The notes below the pieces were generated by a model. It saw nothing but the letters and a program-made list of their open reading frames with translations. It did not search any database and was not told the DNA's origin. The translations under genes were made by a program, and so were the position numbers. From Octopus sinensis (lineage: Eukaryota), in contig NC_042998.1 of assembly GCF_006345805.1 (NCBI RefSeq), positions 108,872,001-108,936,000 on the forward strand: a DNA stretch of 64,000 nt, in the 5' to 3' direction. Position 1 is the stretch's first letter. Each line of letters opens with the position of its first letter. This document shows positions 1 through 11,178 of the stretch, one piece after another.

Positions 1-9
1 AACACAACA

Positions 10-565
10 AATGCCCTGTTGCAGCACCAGGCAATGTCTCTCATGGCTTCTGATCTTAACTGATTGGAAGTATTATCACGTACATTGTTTGTCTTGGTAT
101 AAAAGATGGGCTACAGCAAAAAGTCTGCTCAATGCCATATATTTGCTTGTTAGTTGCTTAACCTTAACCAGTTGAGTATATCCCTTGGTAGCTGTCGATA
201 TGTGCATTTCTGATCACGAGCAGAAGTAGTGGGGGAGCAGCATAACCATGTGTTGAGAAGAATTCTTTGGGATTTGGACAATTTACCTTTGGAAACATGG
301 GTGGTTCATTCAACATCCTTAAACAACTGTCATTCAAGGAACTTCTGAGCGGGATGGGTTACTCGACTAGAAGAAAATTCTAACTGAGCCCCGACCACAA
401 GACTATGCACCGTTCATCTTGATATGAGATTACTGTCTCCTGCACATATGGTTGTGATACATGTGCCTGGTATACCTTTATCAGATGGGTAGTCATGATG
501 GGTATTCTGGGCTTCGTATATTTTCCCCCAGTGTCACTTTGAAGGCATGCACTGCTCTCTCACTC
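10..565 (+). mobile_element. ~560-bp non-coding interspersed repeat ending in an (AAT)n tail (copy 1)
   Basis: Colinear with copies at 41521-42472, 54203-54711, 54837-55068 and 6681-6826 (-). Starts AATGCCCTG, ends GCATGCACTGCTCTCTCACTC followed by (AAT)n. Confidence 0.85.
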
Positions 566-628
566 AATAATAATAATAATTTATAAAGGATTGACGTAAC
601 TCTTCACAAAGGCAAAATAGACAATGCA

Positions 629-941
629 AAGAGCGCGATGCGATTGCAATAGATATTTTATTGGTTTGAACGATATTTCAACAACCTGCCTGTCTTTGTC
701 GAGTTCAAAGTAAAGAGTGGTACATAGAAATTCAAAATTATAGAATTTCAAATTCAAGACTGATGATGTCATTCCATCAACGTGGGAACGTAGATTGCCT
801 TCGTTCAAATTTTTGAATTTGAATTTCTATAATTTTGAATTTCTGTGTATCGCTTTTCATTCTGAACTCGACAAAGAGAGGCAACCTGTCGAAATATGGC
901 TCAGCCCAATACAATATCCATTGCAATCGCACCGCGCTCTT
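629..941. mobile_element. Fold-back/MITE-like element with ~129-bp inverted arms
   Basis: 629-757 is the diverged reverse complement of 813-941, with a ~55-bp spacer. Confidence 0.75.
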
Positions 942-1299
942 CGTATTTTCTAATAATAATGTTAACAACAACAACAATGTTTGTCACAAAATTTCGGCAC
1001 AAGGCTAATTTGAGTGGGAGCGGCAGAGTCGATTACTTGACTGATACTTATTTTATCGACCTCGAAACGATGAAGGGCAAAGCTGACTTCGGTTAAATTG
1101 TTTCATATTTTGGCATCAGGCCAGATATTTTGAGTAGAGGTTTAAGTCAATTACATTGACCCTAATAAAATGCAAGACAAAGTTGAGTTCAGAGAAATTT
1201 GAACGCAGAAGATAAAAGCTAAGAACAAATATTGCAAGTAAATTTTTCAATGCTATAAACTCGTTTCTTAATCGTCAGCTCGTTTCTTAATCGTCAACC

Positions 1300-1844
1300 T
1301 CATTGTCCAACCACGAGCAATATTGTTATCAACACTATTATGACTACCGCCTCTACCTAATTCCTTGTGTTTCATCAATCTACTCCTTTCTTGTACCTTT
1401 CTCATCACCGTCGTCGTTGCCCCTCCCCCTCTTCCTCCTAATCATCATCATGATAATCATCAAGATCATCATCTTCATAATCTCCATTATCATCATCATC
1501 ATTATCATCATTATCGTCATTAAACCAAAAATCACTCTTATTCCCATGACTGAACAATGTTGATGATGATGAGCATAATTTTATTGAAGATGATGAAGAT
1601 GTTGATGTTGTTGATGATGGTGATAGTGGTGGTGGTAGTGTTGGTCGTGATAGTGGTGGCCGTGGCAGTGATGGAGGTTGTTGCGATGGTGAGGGGGGAA
1701 GATAATGATGATAATCGTGATAATGAAAAAGTTGATGATCTACATCATAAAATTTATGAAAGTAAACAACTGTAGTGGCAGTAGTAGCAGTAGCAGCAGT
1801 AGGAGTAGTTGTATTAACAACAGAAGCAGCAGCAGTAGTAGTAA

Positions 1845-1900
<56 letters not shown>

Positions 1901-2050
1901 AAGTGTTGCTCTTGTTTGTGTTGTAGTTTTGGTAGATGCAGCAGACGATATGAAAGACGTTGCTGCCGAAAGAAGAAAGTAAGCGTAAAGATAGGATTGG
2001 AGGAGGAATGGGTAGAAATGTATGCAGAAGTGGAGAAAACTACCAATTAA
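1300..2050. repeat. Compound trinucleotide low-complexity tract (ATC/GAT/GTG/GTA/CAG)
   Basis: Visible in sequence; produces the poly-I, V, S, T and D ORFs in the track. Confidence 0.9.
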
Positions 2051-2312
2051 GTAAAGTTGCAAGTTTCTTTTCCAGGCACATGTAGCTCAATAAATATCAC
2101 TAACAAAAGAGTCTCACCCAAATACTGCTATTACAACCAACATCAACACCACGAACACCACCATCAAATTTAGCAGAATGTTCATCAGTAAAACCATCGT
2201 ATAGAACTTTATTGCTAAGTTCAAAGAAGTGTATTTAAACTAGAACGTAAAGCAGTAAAGTACATACAGATTAATACAAATAAATCATTAAATACACAAG
2301 AATCCAAATTTA

Positions 2313-2314
<2 letters not shown>

Positions 2315-2367
<53 letters not shown>

Positions 2368-2970
2368 CACATACTCATACACATATATATGTGTGTGTGT
2401 GTCTGTATATGTAAGTATGCAAATATATACATATCTCTGTATATATGTATATATATGTATATAAATAAATATATACATGTATATATATGCATATATGTAT
2501 ATATATGTATATATACATCTATATATATATGTATATATATATGTATATATATGTATATGTATATATACATGTATATATATATATATCTATATATATACAT
2601 GTATATATATGTATATGTATATATATATGTCTGTGTATATATGTATATGTATATATACATATAAACACATGCAAATGTATTATGTATACACACACAATAT
2701 TATATTCTAAATTTGGAATCCTGGTATATTTTGTGAATTATTTGCCTTAATGTATATGTAGTTTTATTGCTCTTCCCTCTAGTTTAAATAACTTTTGAAC
2801 TGAGTAATAAAGCACTGAACTATACACATACACTACTGGGCAAGCATCCTTATATATATACACACGCACACATAAATATGCATGTGTTAATATATATATA
2901 TATGCATGCGTGTGTGTGTGTGTGTTTGTGTGTATGCGTGTGTATGCATGTATGTGTGTATGAATATGTA

Positions 2971-3023
<53 letters not shown>

Positions 3024-3087
3024 TATATATAAATATATATACATATTCATATGCATGTGTATGCATGTATGTGTGTATGAATATGTA

Positions 3088-3129
<42 letters not shown>

Positions 3130-3196
3130 TACATATTCATACACACATACATGCATGCACACGCAAACACACAACACACACACACACACACACGCA

Positions 3197-3236
<40 letters not shown>

Positions 3237-3255
3237 TATATATAAATATATACAC

Positions 3256-3306
<51 letters not shown>

Positions 3307-3345
3307 TCACACGCGCACACACATGCAAACAAACAACACACTCTA
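2315..3345. repeat. (TA)n/(TG)n/(CA)n microsatellite block with internal inverted duplication
   Basis: Visible in sequence; 2893-2970 is the reverse complement of about 3120-3205. Confidence 0.9.
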
Positions 3346-3799
3346 AACTTGTTTACTTAATAAGTTATTTGTCCGAATCAGTTCGTACGATACTGATCTC
3401 CAATCTAACTTAAATACCTTCTTTGAACTTAGTAATAACTTTGAACTAAGTAATAAATTACAGTATGATACTAATACTCGGATGCATACCCATACGTAGA
3501 CGAATGCGCATGCGCGCATACACACACAAGTACATAAAGACACATTAACTCGCCATATATGTAAATGTTTTTTGTTTTGTTAAGAGGCCAGGAAGTGCAG
3601 CGATTCTGATACTAGTGAGAAGGGAGTTACGTAGGAATGTACCCCCGAACCAGAAAGCGTGCCCAAATGTTTACAATAGAGAGGACTCCACTATAGGCAC
3701 TCGAGATGCCGGGTGATGGTGTTAATCAAGTCGATAAATTAAGTTTACTACCCGAGATACCCACAGACATACAGAGAAAACGAGATAGATACATATCCT

Positions 3800-3935
3800 T
3801 ATTAAAATCAGAGAAAAAAAAACACGAGCAATATATTAATTTTACGCTCGGTGAAAGGAGAGAGTTGTCAACGTTTCGAGGATAGCTCTTCGTCGGAAAG
3901 AGGAGGGAAAATAAGGAAGAATCGCCAACAATATT
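3800..3935 (-). mobile_element. Penelope-like terminal-repeat remnant with a mutated hammerhead motif (3866-3900)
   Basis: Minus strand reads CCGACGA-A-GAG-CTATC-CTC-GAAACGTT; similar to the 32010 copy, with a U4->C change in the core. Confidence 0.55.
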
Positions 3936-3937
3936 TA

Positions 3938-5098
3938 CAGGGTGCGGTGAATAAATTGTCTCCTAATTTAGGCAAAAATGAAAATAATACTGACATCTCA
4001 TTTTAACAGATATATTTACCAAAATTTTATTAAAATATCTTGAAATACTAAAAAGTAAATTTATTCAATAAAATCGCTATTGGTTTCAACCACGACCTTT
4101 AGACGACTTCGAAATCTCCTGCAACTCTTCTGGATGGTCTCCTTGTTTAAGTTGGTAAATGCTGCCATAATCCTTGCCTTTAGTTCATCTTTAGTGTTAC
4201 AAAGAGTTTTGTTGGTCTCTCGCTCAACTGTGCTGCACACACAATAATCAAGGGAGTAAGGTGGGCAGATGTTAGGGGTGATGTGGTCGCATAAATTGTC
4301 TGACAGCCATAACTGAAGTGTCTTGCCTGTGTGGCATGGTGCAGAGTCCTTTTGCGAGACATACGGTCTTCCAGTAGCCATCCTCTCGACCCAGGTTAGC
4401 TCTACCTCCTCCAGATACTTAATGTAGGCCTCCATGTTTATTCTAAGGCTGTGTGGGAAGATGAATGGAGGCATAACATCGCCATTACTAGTGATCACTC
4501 TAAACACCATGATATTGACTTAATGTTTGATTTTTATCACTCTCGGTGCATGTTTTGAGGACGCGGCAAGCGAACGGTTGTTCCATGTGTTCACCATGTG
4601 ATCCTGAGAAACACCAAAGCGTCTTCAGTTGGAGGAGATGCTTCAGTTTGTTCGGAAGCTTCGAAGCGCGGTCTTTCCTTGATGGCTTGGGGTGTGCCTG
4701 GTGATGGACCTGATTGACTTGGAGGGATTGTTGTCAATCATGGCCTTGATGTCACCAACAGATTCAGGAGTTCTTTTCTTATCAGAACGATCAGAGTGAG
4801 TTATCCGAGGTGCCGTACCTTCGTAATCCTCATTATACTCATCCAACTCTGCACTGTCATCAGACTGACATCAAATACTCTGAAATGTTCAAATTGGAGC
4901 TTCCGGCGCGAATGTCATGCAGTACAGCATATCATTTCCAAATTTCTGACAGAATGAATTGCGTCATGGTGCTATTTTTCTCACGGATGATACCCAACTG
5001 ACCCTACTGTACTATGTAGTCGACAAAATCAAAAACAAACAATGCGCATGCGCTTAATTAAAAGTATGAAATGCCGACAATTTACCCATCGCACATTG
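3938..5098 (-). mobile_element. Tc1/mariner-superfamily transposon, maT/DD37D-like, decayed
   Basis: TIRs CAGGGTGCGGTGAATAAATTGTC (3938) and GACAATTTACCCATCGCACATTG (ending 5098), each flanked by TA. ORF 4061-4510 has QKDSAPCH...PPYSLDY DDD catalytic motifs. Confidence 0.9.
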
Positions 5099-5333
5099 TA
5101 TATATGTACTTATATATATATGCACACAGGTACATAAGACATATCTGTCTACCTAAGTATTGTAGGATACGTTTGAATCAAGGTATTTTTTTAATATTCA
5201 GGGTAGAAAGCGTGGATCGATATCTCCACATCCTTGTACATACCATATACAAACATTCAGACATACCGGTGCATATTCGGAGATATCCATATACTTAAAC
5301 ACACACACGCGCGCTCATACACGCATTATACAG

Positions 5334-5368
<35 letters not shown>

Positions 5369-5404
5369 TTGGTGCGTGTGTGTGTGTGTGTGTATTTACT
5401 GTGA

Positions 5405-5670
5405 AGTCGCATGGCTTAGTGGTTAAGGTGTTGCACTCACGATTGCGAGATCATGGGTTCGATCCCAGACCAGACGTTGCGTTTTGTTCTTGAGCATAAC
5501 ACTTCATTTTCACGTTGCTCTGCGATCATTTCGACAGTTGGCACCCGTTGCACCAGTGCAGGTAATGTCGATCTGATGGTTCGAGCTAGCTTATCTACAC
5601 ACAAACATTTGATCATTATAAACAAATCATCAGTGTGGTTATTCGGTGAGAAATTGCGGAACCGTCATAT
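5405..5670 (+). mobile_element. tRNA-derived SINE
   Basis: A box TGGCTTAGTGG and B box GGTTCGATCCC followed by a non-tRNA body. Confidence 0.7.
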
Positions 5671-5684
5671 GTCATCTAACGACG

Positions 5685-5972
5685 ATCCATGCTTCTTGCA
5701 CCGCGTGTTTTACTTGTCTAAATTCATAAATTATTTATTTGAATACTTCCCCATCGCCTTCCACGTCCTGTGTGTTTTTAACTACTATATAGATACATAG
5801 ATACATACATACCTTTCTACACACGCACTCACATCTATATGTGTGCGAGTATATGTATCTATGTGTGTATAGGTATGTATGTATGTATCTATATAGTAGA
5901 TAAAAAGTATACAAGATAGATAGATACCTACCTACCTACCTATATATATATATACACACACATATATGAGTA

Positions 5973-6024
<52 letters not shown>

Positions 6025-6172
6025 ATATACGTGTGTGTGTGTATAGGTATGTGTATGTATGTATCTATATAGTAGTTAAAAACACACAGGGCGTGGAAAG
6101 TGAGGGTGAAGTATTCAAATAAATAATTTATGAATTTAGACAAGAAAAGCATGTGGTGCAAGAAGTATGGAT
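5685..6172. repeat. Inverted repeat with ~125-bp arms around a microsatellite core
   Basis: 5685-5812 is the reverse complement of 6053-6172; the peptide FLSKFINYLFEYF...CVFNYYIDT appears in both a + ORF and a - ORF. Confidence 0.85.
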
Positions 6173-6680
6173 ATATGTAACGAAGCTGCACGAAACTCAA
6201 CCTGCGTACAAGGAAAACATATATACCGATGATATGAACAGAAGAGAAATCGATAACAGTACTATATCGAGGAGAGTATTTAATGTGTCGATTCACAGGA
6301 CAAACGCTGTAAGATATCGTGTCCAACTCTATTTTTCTCGGCAGAAATTCACACAATTCCTTAACACAAAATGCCATAGGTGTGCTTCTTTTATGGAAAC
6401 CAAACATGGAAAATCAAAGGAACGTGTTACATCAACATAGAATGTTTACTCTGATAGGGACAAAAAGGGAACAAGCGTGTAATGTCAATCTAAACTCCCA
6501 CTAGATTTCGGTTTCCCTTAACTTTTAAGAGCATTATTGTCTCTGGATACTGGAGATTTAATGAGACCATACTCCCCACTTTCAGGAAACACAGCTTCTT
6601 TATTCTTTTTTTTTTCGGTGCCCCAGTTTCGTGAGCTGAAACTAGATAAAATAAAATTAAAAAAAATAAAAATAAAATAT

Positions 6681-6826
6681 CGTCAGCCACTAAGGGACAT
6701 GCTTAACTGGTTAAGGTCAAACAACAGTCAAGCAAATCTGTAGTATTGAGCAAAATATTTGCTGTAGCTCAACTTTTATACCAAGACAAAACAATGTACA
6801 TGATAGCACTTCCCATCAGTTAAGAT
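6681..6826 (-). mobile_element. Partial copy of the ~560-bp (AAT)-tailed element
   Basis: Reverse complement matches CATCTTAACTGATGGGAAGTG...GTCCCTTAGTGGCTGACGA; abuts (TTA)n at 6837. Confidence 0.75.
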
Positions 6827-6836
6827 GAGAAGTCTG

Positions 6837-6919
<83 letters not shown>

Positions 6920-6939
6920 TATTATTATTATTATTATTA

Positions 6940-6975
<36 letters not shown>

Positions 6976-7346
6976 CCTCGTCATCATTATTATTTTTAAG
7001 GCGTCAAGCTGGTACAATCGTCAACGAACCGGGGAAGATGCGTAGTGGTATTTCGACCGTCTTAACATTCTGAATTCAAAATCCACCAAGGTTGACTTTG
7101 CTTTTTCATCCTTTCGAGGTCGTTGAAATAAGTACTAGTCAAGTACTGGTGCAGATGTAGTTGACTAACCACACTCTGCCAAGCTTTCAGGTTTTGTGTC
7201 TTTTGTAGAAAGGGTTATTACTATTATTATTAAGGTAGCGAGCTAGAAGAATCCTTAACACGCATGTTCAATTTCCGCCGAGATCACCTTTAGCTTTCAT
7301 TCTTAGGTACTGCAACCAAGCATTTCTTCTTCTTCTTCTTCTTCTT

Positions 7347-7425
<79 letters not shown>

Positions 7426-7429
7426 GTTA

Positions 7430-7488
<59 letters not shown>

Positions 7489-7491
<3 letters not shown>

Positions 7492-9297
7492 TGCTTGGCA
7501 CTGTCGCCTCTATCTGATATGTTAAATAGAACTGGATGCGGATATAAATGTTATGGCAAAACGATCAGCCACCTTTTATATATGGATGACCTAAAACTAT
7601 ACGCTGCAAATGACAAACAGCTGGAAACACTATTAAAGACAGTTCATGGATTTACCAAAGAAATAGATATGAAATTTGGATTAGAAAAATGCGCCAAAGT
7701 AACCATGAAAAGAGGAAAACTAGTTAAGAGTAGCAACATCACACTAGATAAAACCAATGAAATAAAAGAAGTAGACCAAAGTAAAACTTACAAATACTTA
7801 GGAATCCATGAACTAGATAAGACACAACACACACAAATGAAAGAGAAAATAAAAAAAGAATATTATAGACGAGTTAGATCAATACTAAAAACAGAGCTCA
7901 ATGCTAAAAACAAGATAATAGGTATTAACACTTTAGCTGTCCCAGTTATAAGTTACAGCTACAATATCCTTAACTGGACACTAAATGAACTGACCAAAAT
8001 AGATAGGAAAACAAGAAAAATAATGACAGGATCTAGGATGCATCACCCAAAATCTGACATAGAAAGACTATATATACAACGTATAGACGGTGGTAGAGGC
8101 CATATACAGCTGGAAAACTACTATAAAATATCCACCATAGGACTGCAAAAATATCTACTTCAGAAGGAAGGAAAACTGATACAAATAGTGGCAAAACACG
8201 AGCAAAACAAAAAACTGTTCTCAATATTTAAGGAAGCTGACAAATACAAATAAGAAATCATACCACCTAATATGAAGAAGAAGAAGAAGAAGAAGAAGAA
8301 GAAGAAGAAGAAGAAGAAGAAGAAGAAGAGAAGAAGAAGAAGAAGAAGAAGAAGAAGAAGAAGAAGAAGAAGAAGAAGAAGAAGATAAAGAAACAACAAA
8401 GGCTATAAAACAAATGAAATCCAAACTAAAAATAGAACAGCAACGAACCATGATAAAACGATGGCAAGAAAAGCCCCTTCATGGTAAATACTGGACTAAA
8501 CTAAACGCAAAAGAAATAGACGAAGAAAAATCCCAGCAATGGTTGAGAAGCTCAGGACTCAAAGCAGAAACAGAGGGATTTTTAATTGCAGCACAAGACC
8601 AAAGCCTCCCCACCAGAAATTACCAAAAACATGTAATGAAAAGAAATATAACAAGTAACTGCAGAATATGTGGAGATGGACAAGAAACAATAAATCATAT
8701 TATCTCTGGCTGCCCAGTCCGGGCTAAGAAAGAATATATTCACAGACATGACAGAGTTGGAACCTATATACACTGGAAGCTATGCCAACATTATGGAATA
8801 ACAACAGAAAAAAGATGGTATAGGCACACACCAGAAAAGGTCACAGAAAACGAGAAAGCAACCATACTCTGGGATATGCCGATACACACAGATAGAGAAA
8901 TTGAGACCAACAGACCAGATATAGTTGTCAGAGATCATGAAGAAAAAAATGCTTTCTAATTGATGTATCAATACCGGCAGATGACAACGTGTCTCTAAAA
9001 GACCTGGAAATAGACGTAACCAGAATGTGGAATCTAAAAACAGAAACAATTCCTATCATAGTAGGTGCATTAGGCATGATAAAAAATATTCAGACAAATA
9101 CATAACAAAAACACCAGGACTTACAAACACATATAACATACAGAAAATTGCACTACTAGGCACTGCACACATCCTACGCAGAACACTTTCCATACAATAA
9201 CCATCAGAGCATCACAACAAATCACAGCACATACCTAAGGCACACAGAGCTGCGCTCGGTAGTGAAGTGAAAGCACGCTATAAAAATAAAACTACTG
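7489..9297 (+). mobile_element. 5'-truncated RLE-type non-LTR retrotransposon (R4/Dong-like) inside a (TAA)n tract
   Basis: RT motif HLLYMDDLKLY, CRICG..ETINHIISGC zinc knuckle and RPDIVV...LIDVSIP restriction-like endonuclease (frameshifted near 8945). Stop at 8251-8253. (AAT)n on both sides (7432-7488, 9298-9448). Confidence 0.92.
8276..8385 (+). repeat. (GAA)n expansion within the LINE ORF
   Basis: Visible in sequence; separates ORFs 7489-8253 and 8414-8959. Confidence 0.9.
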
Positions 9298-9309
9298 AAT
9301 AATAATAAC

Positions 9310-9383
<74 letters not shown>

Positions 9384-9406
9384 TAATAATAATAATAATA
9401 ATAATA

Positions 9407-9441
<35 letters not shown>

Positions 9442-11178
9442 TAATAATAACAATAATACTGATGGCGGCGATCTGACAGAATTGTTAGTATGCTGGACCA
9501 AATACTTCGCGATATTTCACCCAGCATGTCAGACAATATGTCCTGCTGTGTTAACTCCACCTACTACGTTGGTAACAATATGATCGATTGATCTAAGTTC
9601 AGGCCTTGTTCCTTGCTAACAGAATCGTTACCAAGCTGGATAAAATGCTTTGCGGCATTTAGTTTGCTTTTTCCGTTTTCAGTTGAAACTACACCGTGGT
9701 CAGCTTTGTCTTTCATCCTTTCGGGAGTGATAGAATAAAACAATTGAAGCCTTGTACCTATTCTTGCTCCTCGTCGTGGTCACCGTCGTGGTCACCATCC
9801 TCATCATCATTCTGGTGTTTAGGGGTAAACAAACAGACATTTGTTTAAGTCTATACAAACATCTGAGATATACAAACATGTACACTAGCATCTGAGGTAT
9901 ACAAAGGGTATATCTGTTAAGCAGGCATATCTTTTTTTCTTAAGGATGTTTCTTGTATTTACATTTAATTCAGTATTGATTAATCTCCTGGAAGAGAGAA
10001 AAAGCATTAACAACATAAGAAATAGCTCGAGATACATCGATCTTCCCTAAATAAAGCTGAAGTATTTTTTGGTAAACACAAAAGCGAATTCGAAAGGTTA
10101 AAACAGAATGTAAAATGAGATAAACATAAAAAAATGACACTGTACAAAAAATGTACTCACAAACACAGAAAGTCATAATTCGACACACAAAAATGTAAGC
10201 GTATACAACATAAGCATTAAAAATCTTATAAAGTACTAATAACCTGTCAAAGAAAGAAACAACGCAACGGTTTCTTGTTTGAAAACATTATTCGAGAACG
10301 CAAAACCGAAAGGAAATCCAATATGCTTTCAAATAAGTAATCAATGGAAGCCTGAGCTGATATGTGGCATTTAAAATTCTTCTCTCTCTCTCCTTCTTTC
10401 TCTCCTCTTCCTCTCTCTCTCTCTCTGCCCTTTTCTCTCTCCCTCTTCCCCTTTATCCCCCCTCTCTCTCGTAAAAATGTCCGAGAGATGTACATGCAGT
10501 GAAAGTAGATGTTTTCAAGAAGCACCTTGGCCTTCTACTGTCCAAGAACCTAGATGAACTTACATCACAGTAAGAAACTGAAAAGAGACATAATGCATTT
10601 TATAGTCATATATGTCGTAGAAGACTGATGTTCACATCTGGAATGCTTTTATCATAGAAATACTTGATAAACAATAACAATTTCTTCAATGCACAATTTT
10701 AAATAGAATTTTCGTTTTCATTTAAAGATGAAAATGAAGCGGAAGAAAATGGTCTTCAGCAATAAATAGGTAATATATGTGTTAGGAATGATGTACATAA
10801 ATCGTTTGAAAACATTCCGAAGGCGAACAATCCATCTTCTGCAGTATACTACAACTATATTATTTGATATACCCATTTCTTATTTGAAAAGATAGATAAA
10901 TTTATAAACCTGTCATTTCTAGCACATCGAATGATAACGTAGTGGCTTTTTCGTTGGCTCATTAGATATATGACCGATCGAAGTGAGTTCCGATTACAAT
11001 ATTTTAACCTTAAACCTTTATAAATTCATTTACAAAACCAGCAAATAGTACAGAACGACAGAGAAATATATTTCAGTAAGAGGAATCAGATTAATCTTCA
11101 TGACCTGTGTACACTCTCAGACTGGTAAGATTAATGCGGCTGATGTAAAGCTTTAGTATATTATTATAGTCCTTACAA

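Noticed and set aside
1438-2046. 202-aa Thr/Pro/Asp-rich mucin-like ORF
   Set aside because: Entirely trinucleotide repeat, with equally open frames on both strands.
2221-3360. Many YI/CV/HT-rich ORFs (also 18464-18842, 26434-27296, 44381-44818, 58151-59128, 61715-62267)
   Set aside because: Translations of (TA)n/(TG)n microsatellites, which lack stop codons in those frames.
6825-7073. Poly-Ile/Leu 'transmembrane' ORFs (also 8160-8451, 9222-9583, 53698-53937, 61032-61429)
   Set aside because: Translations of (ATT)n, (CTT)n and (AAT)n repeats.
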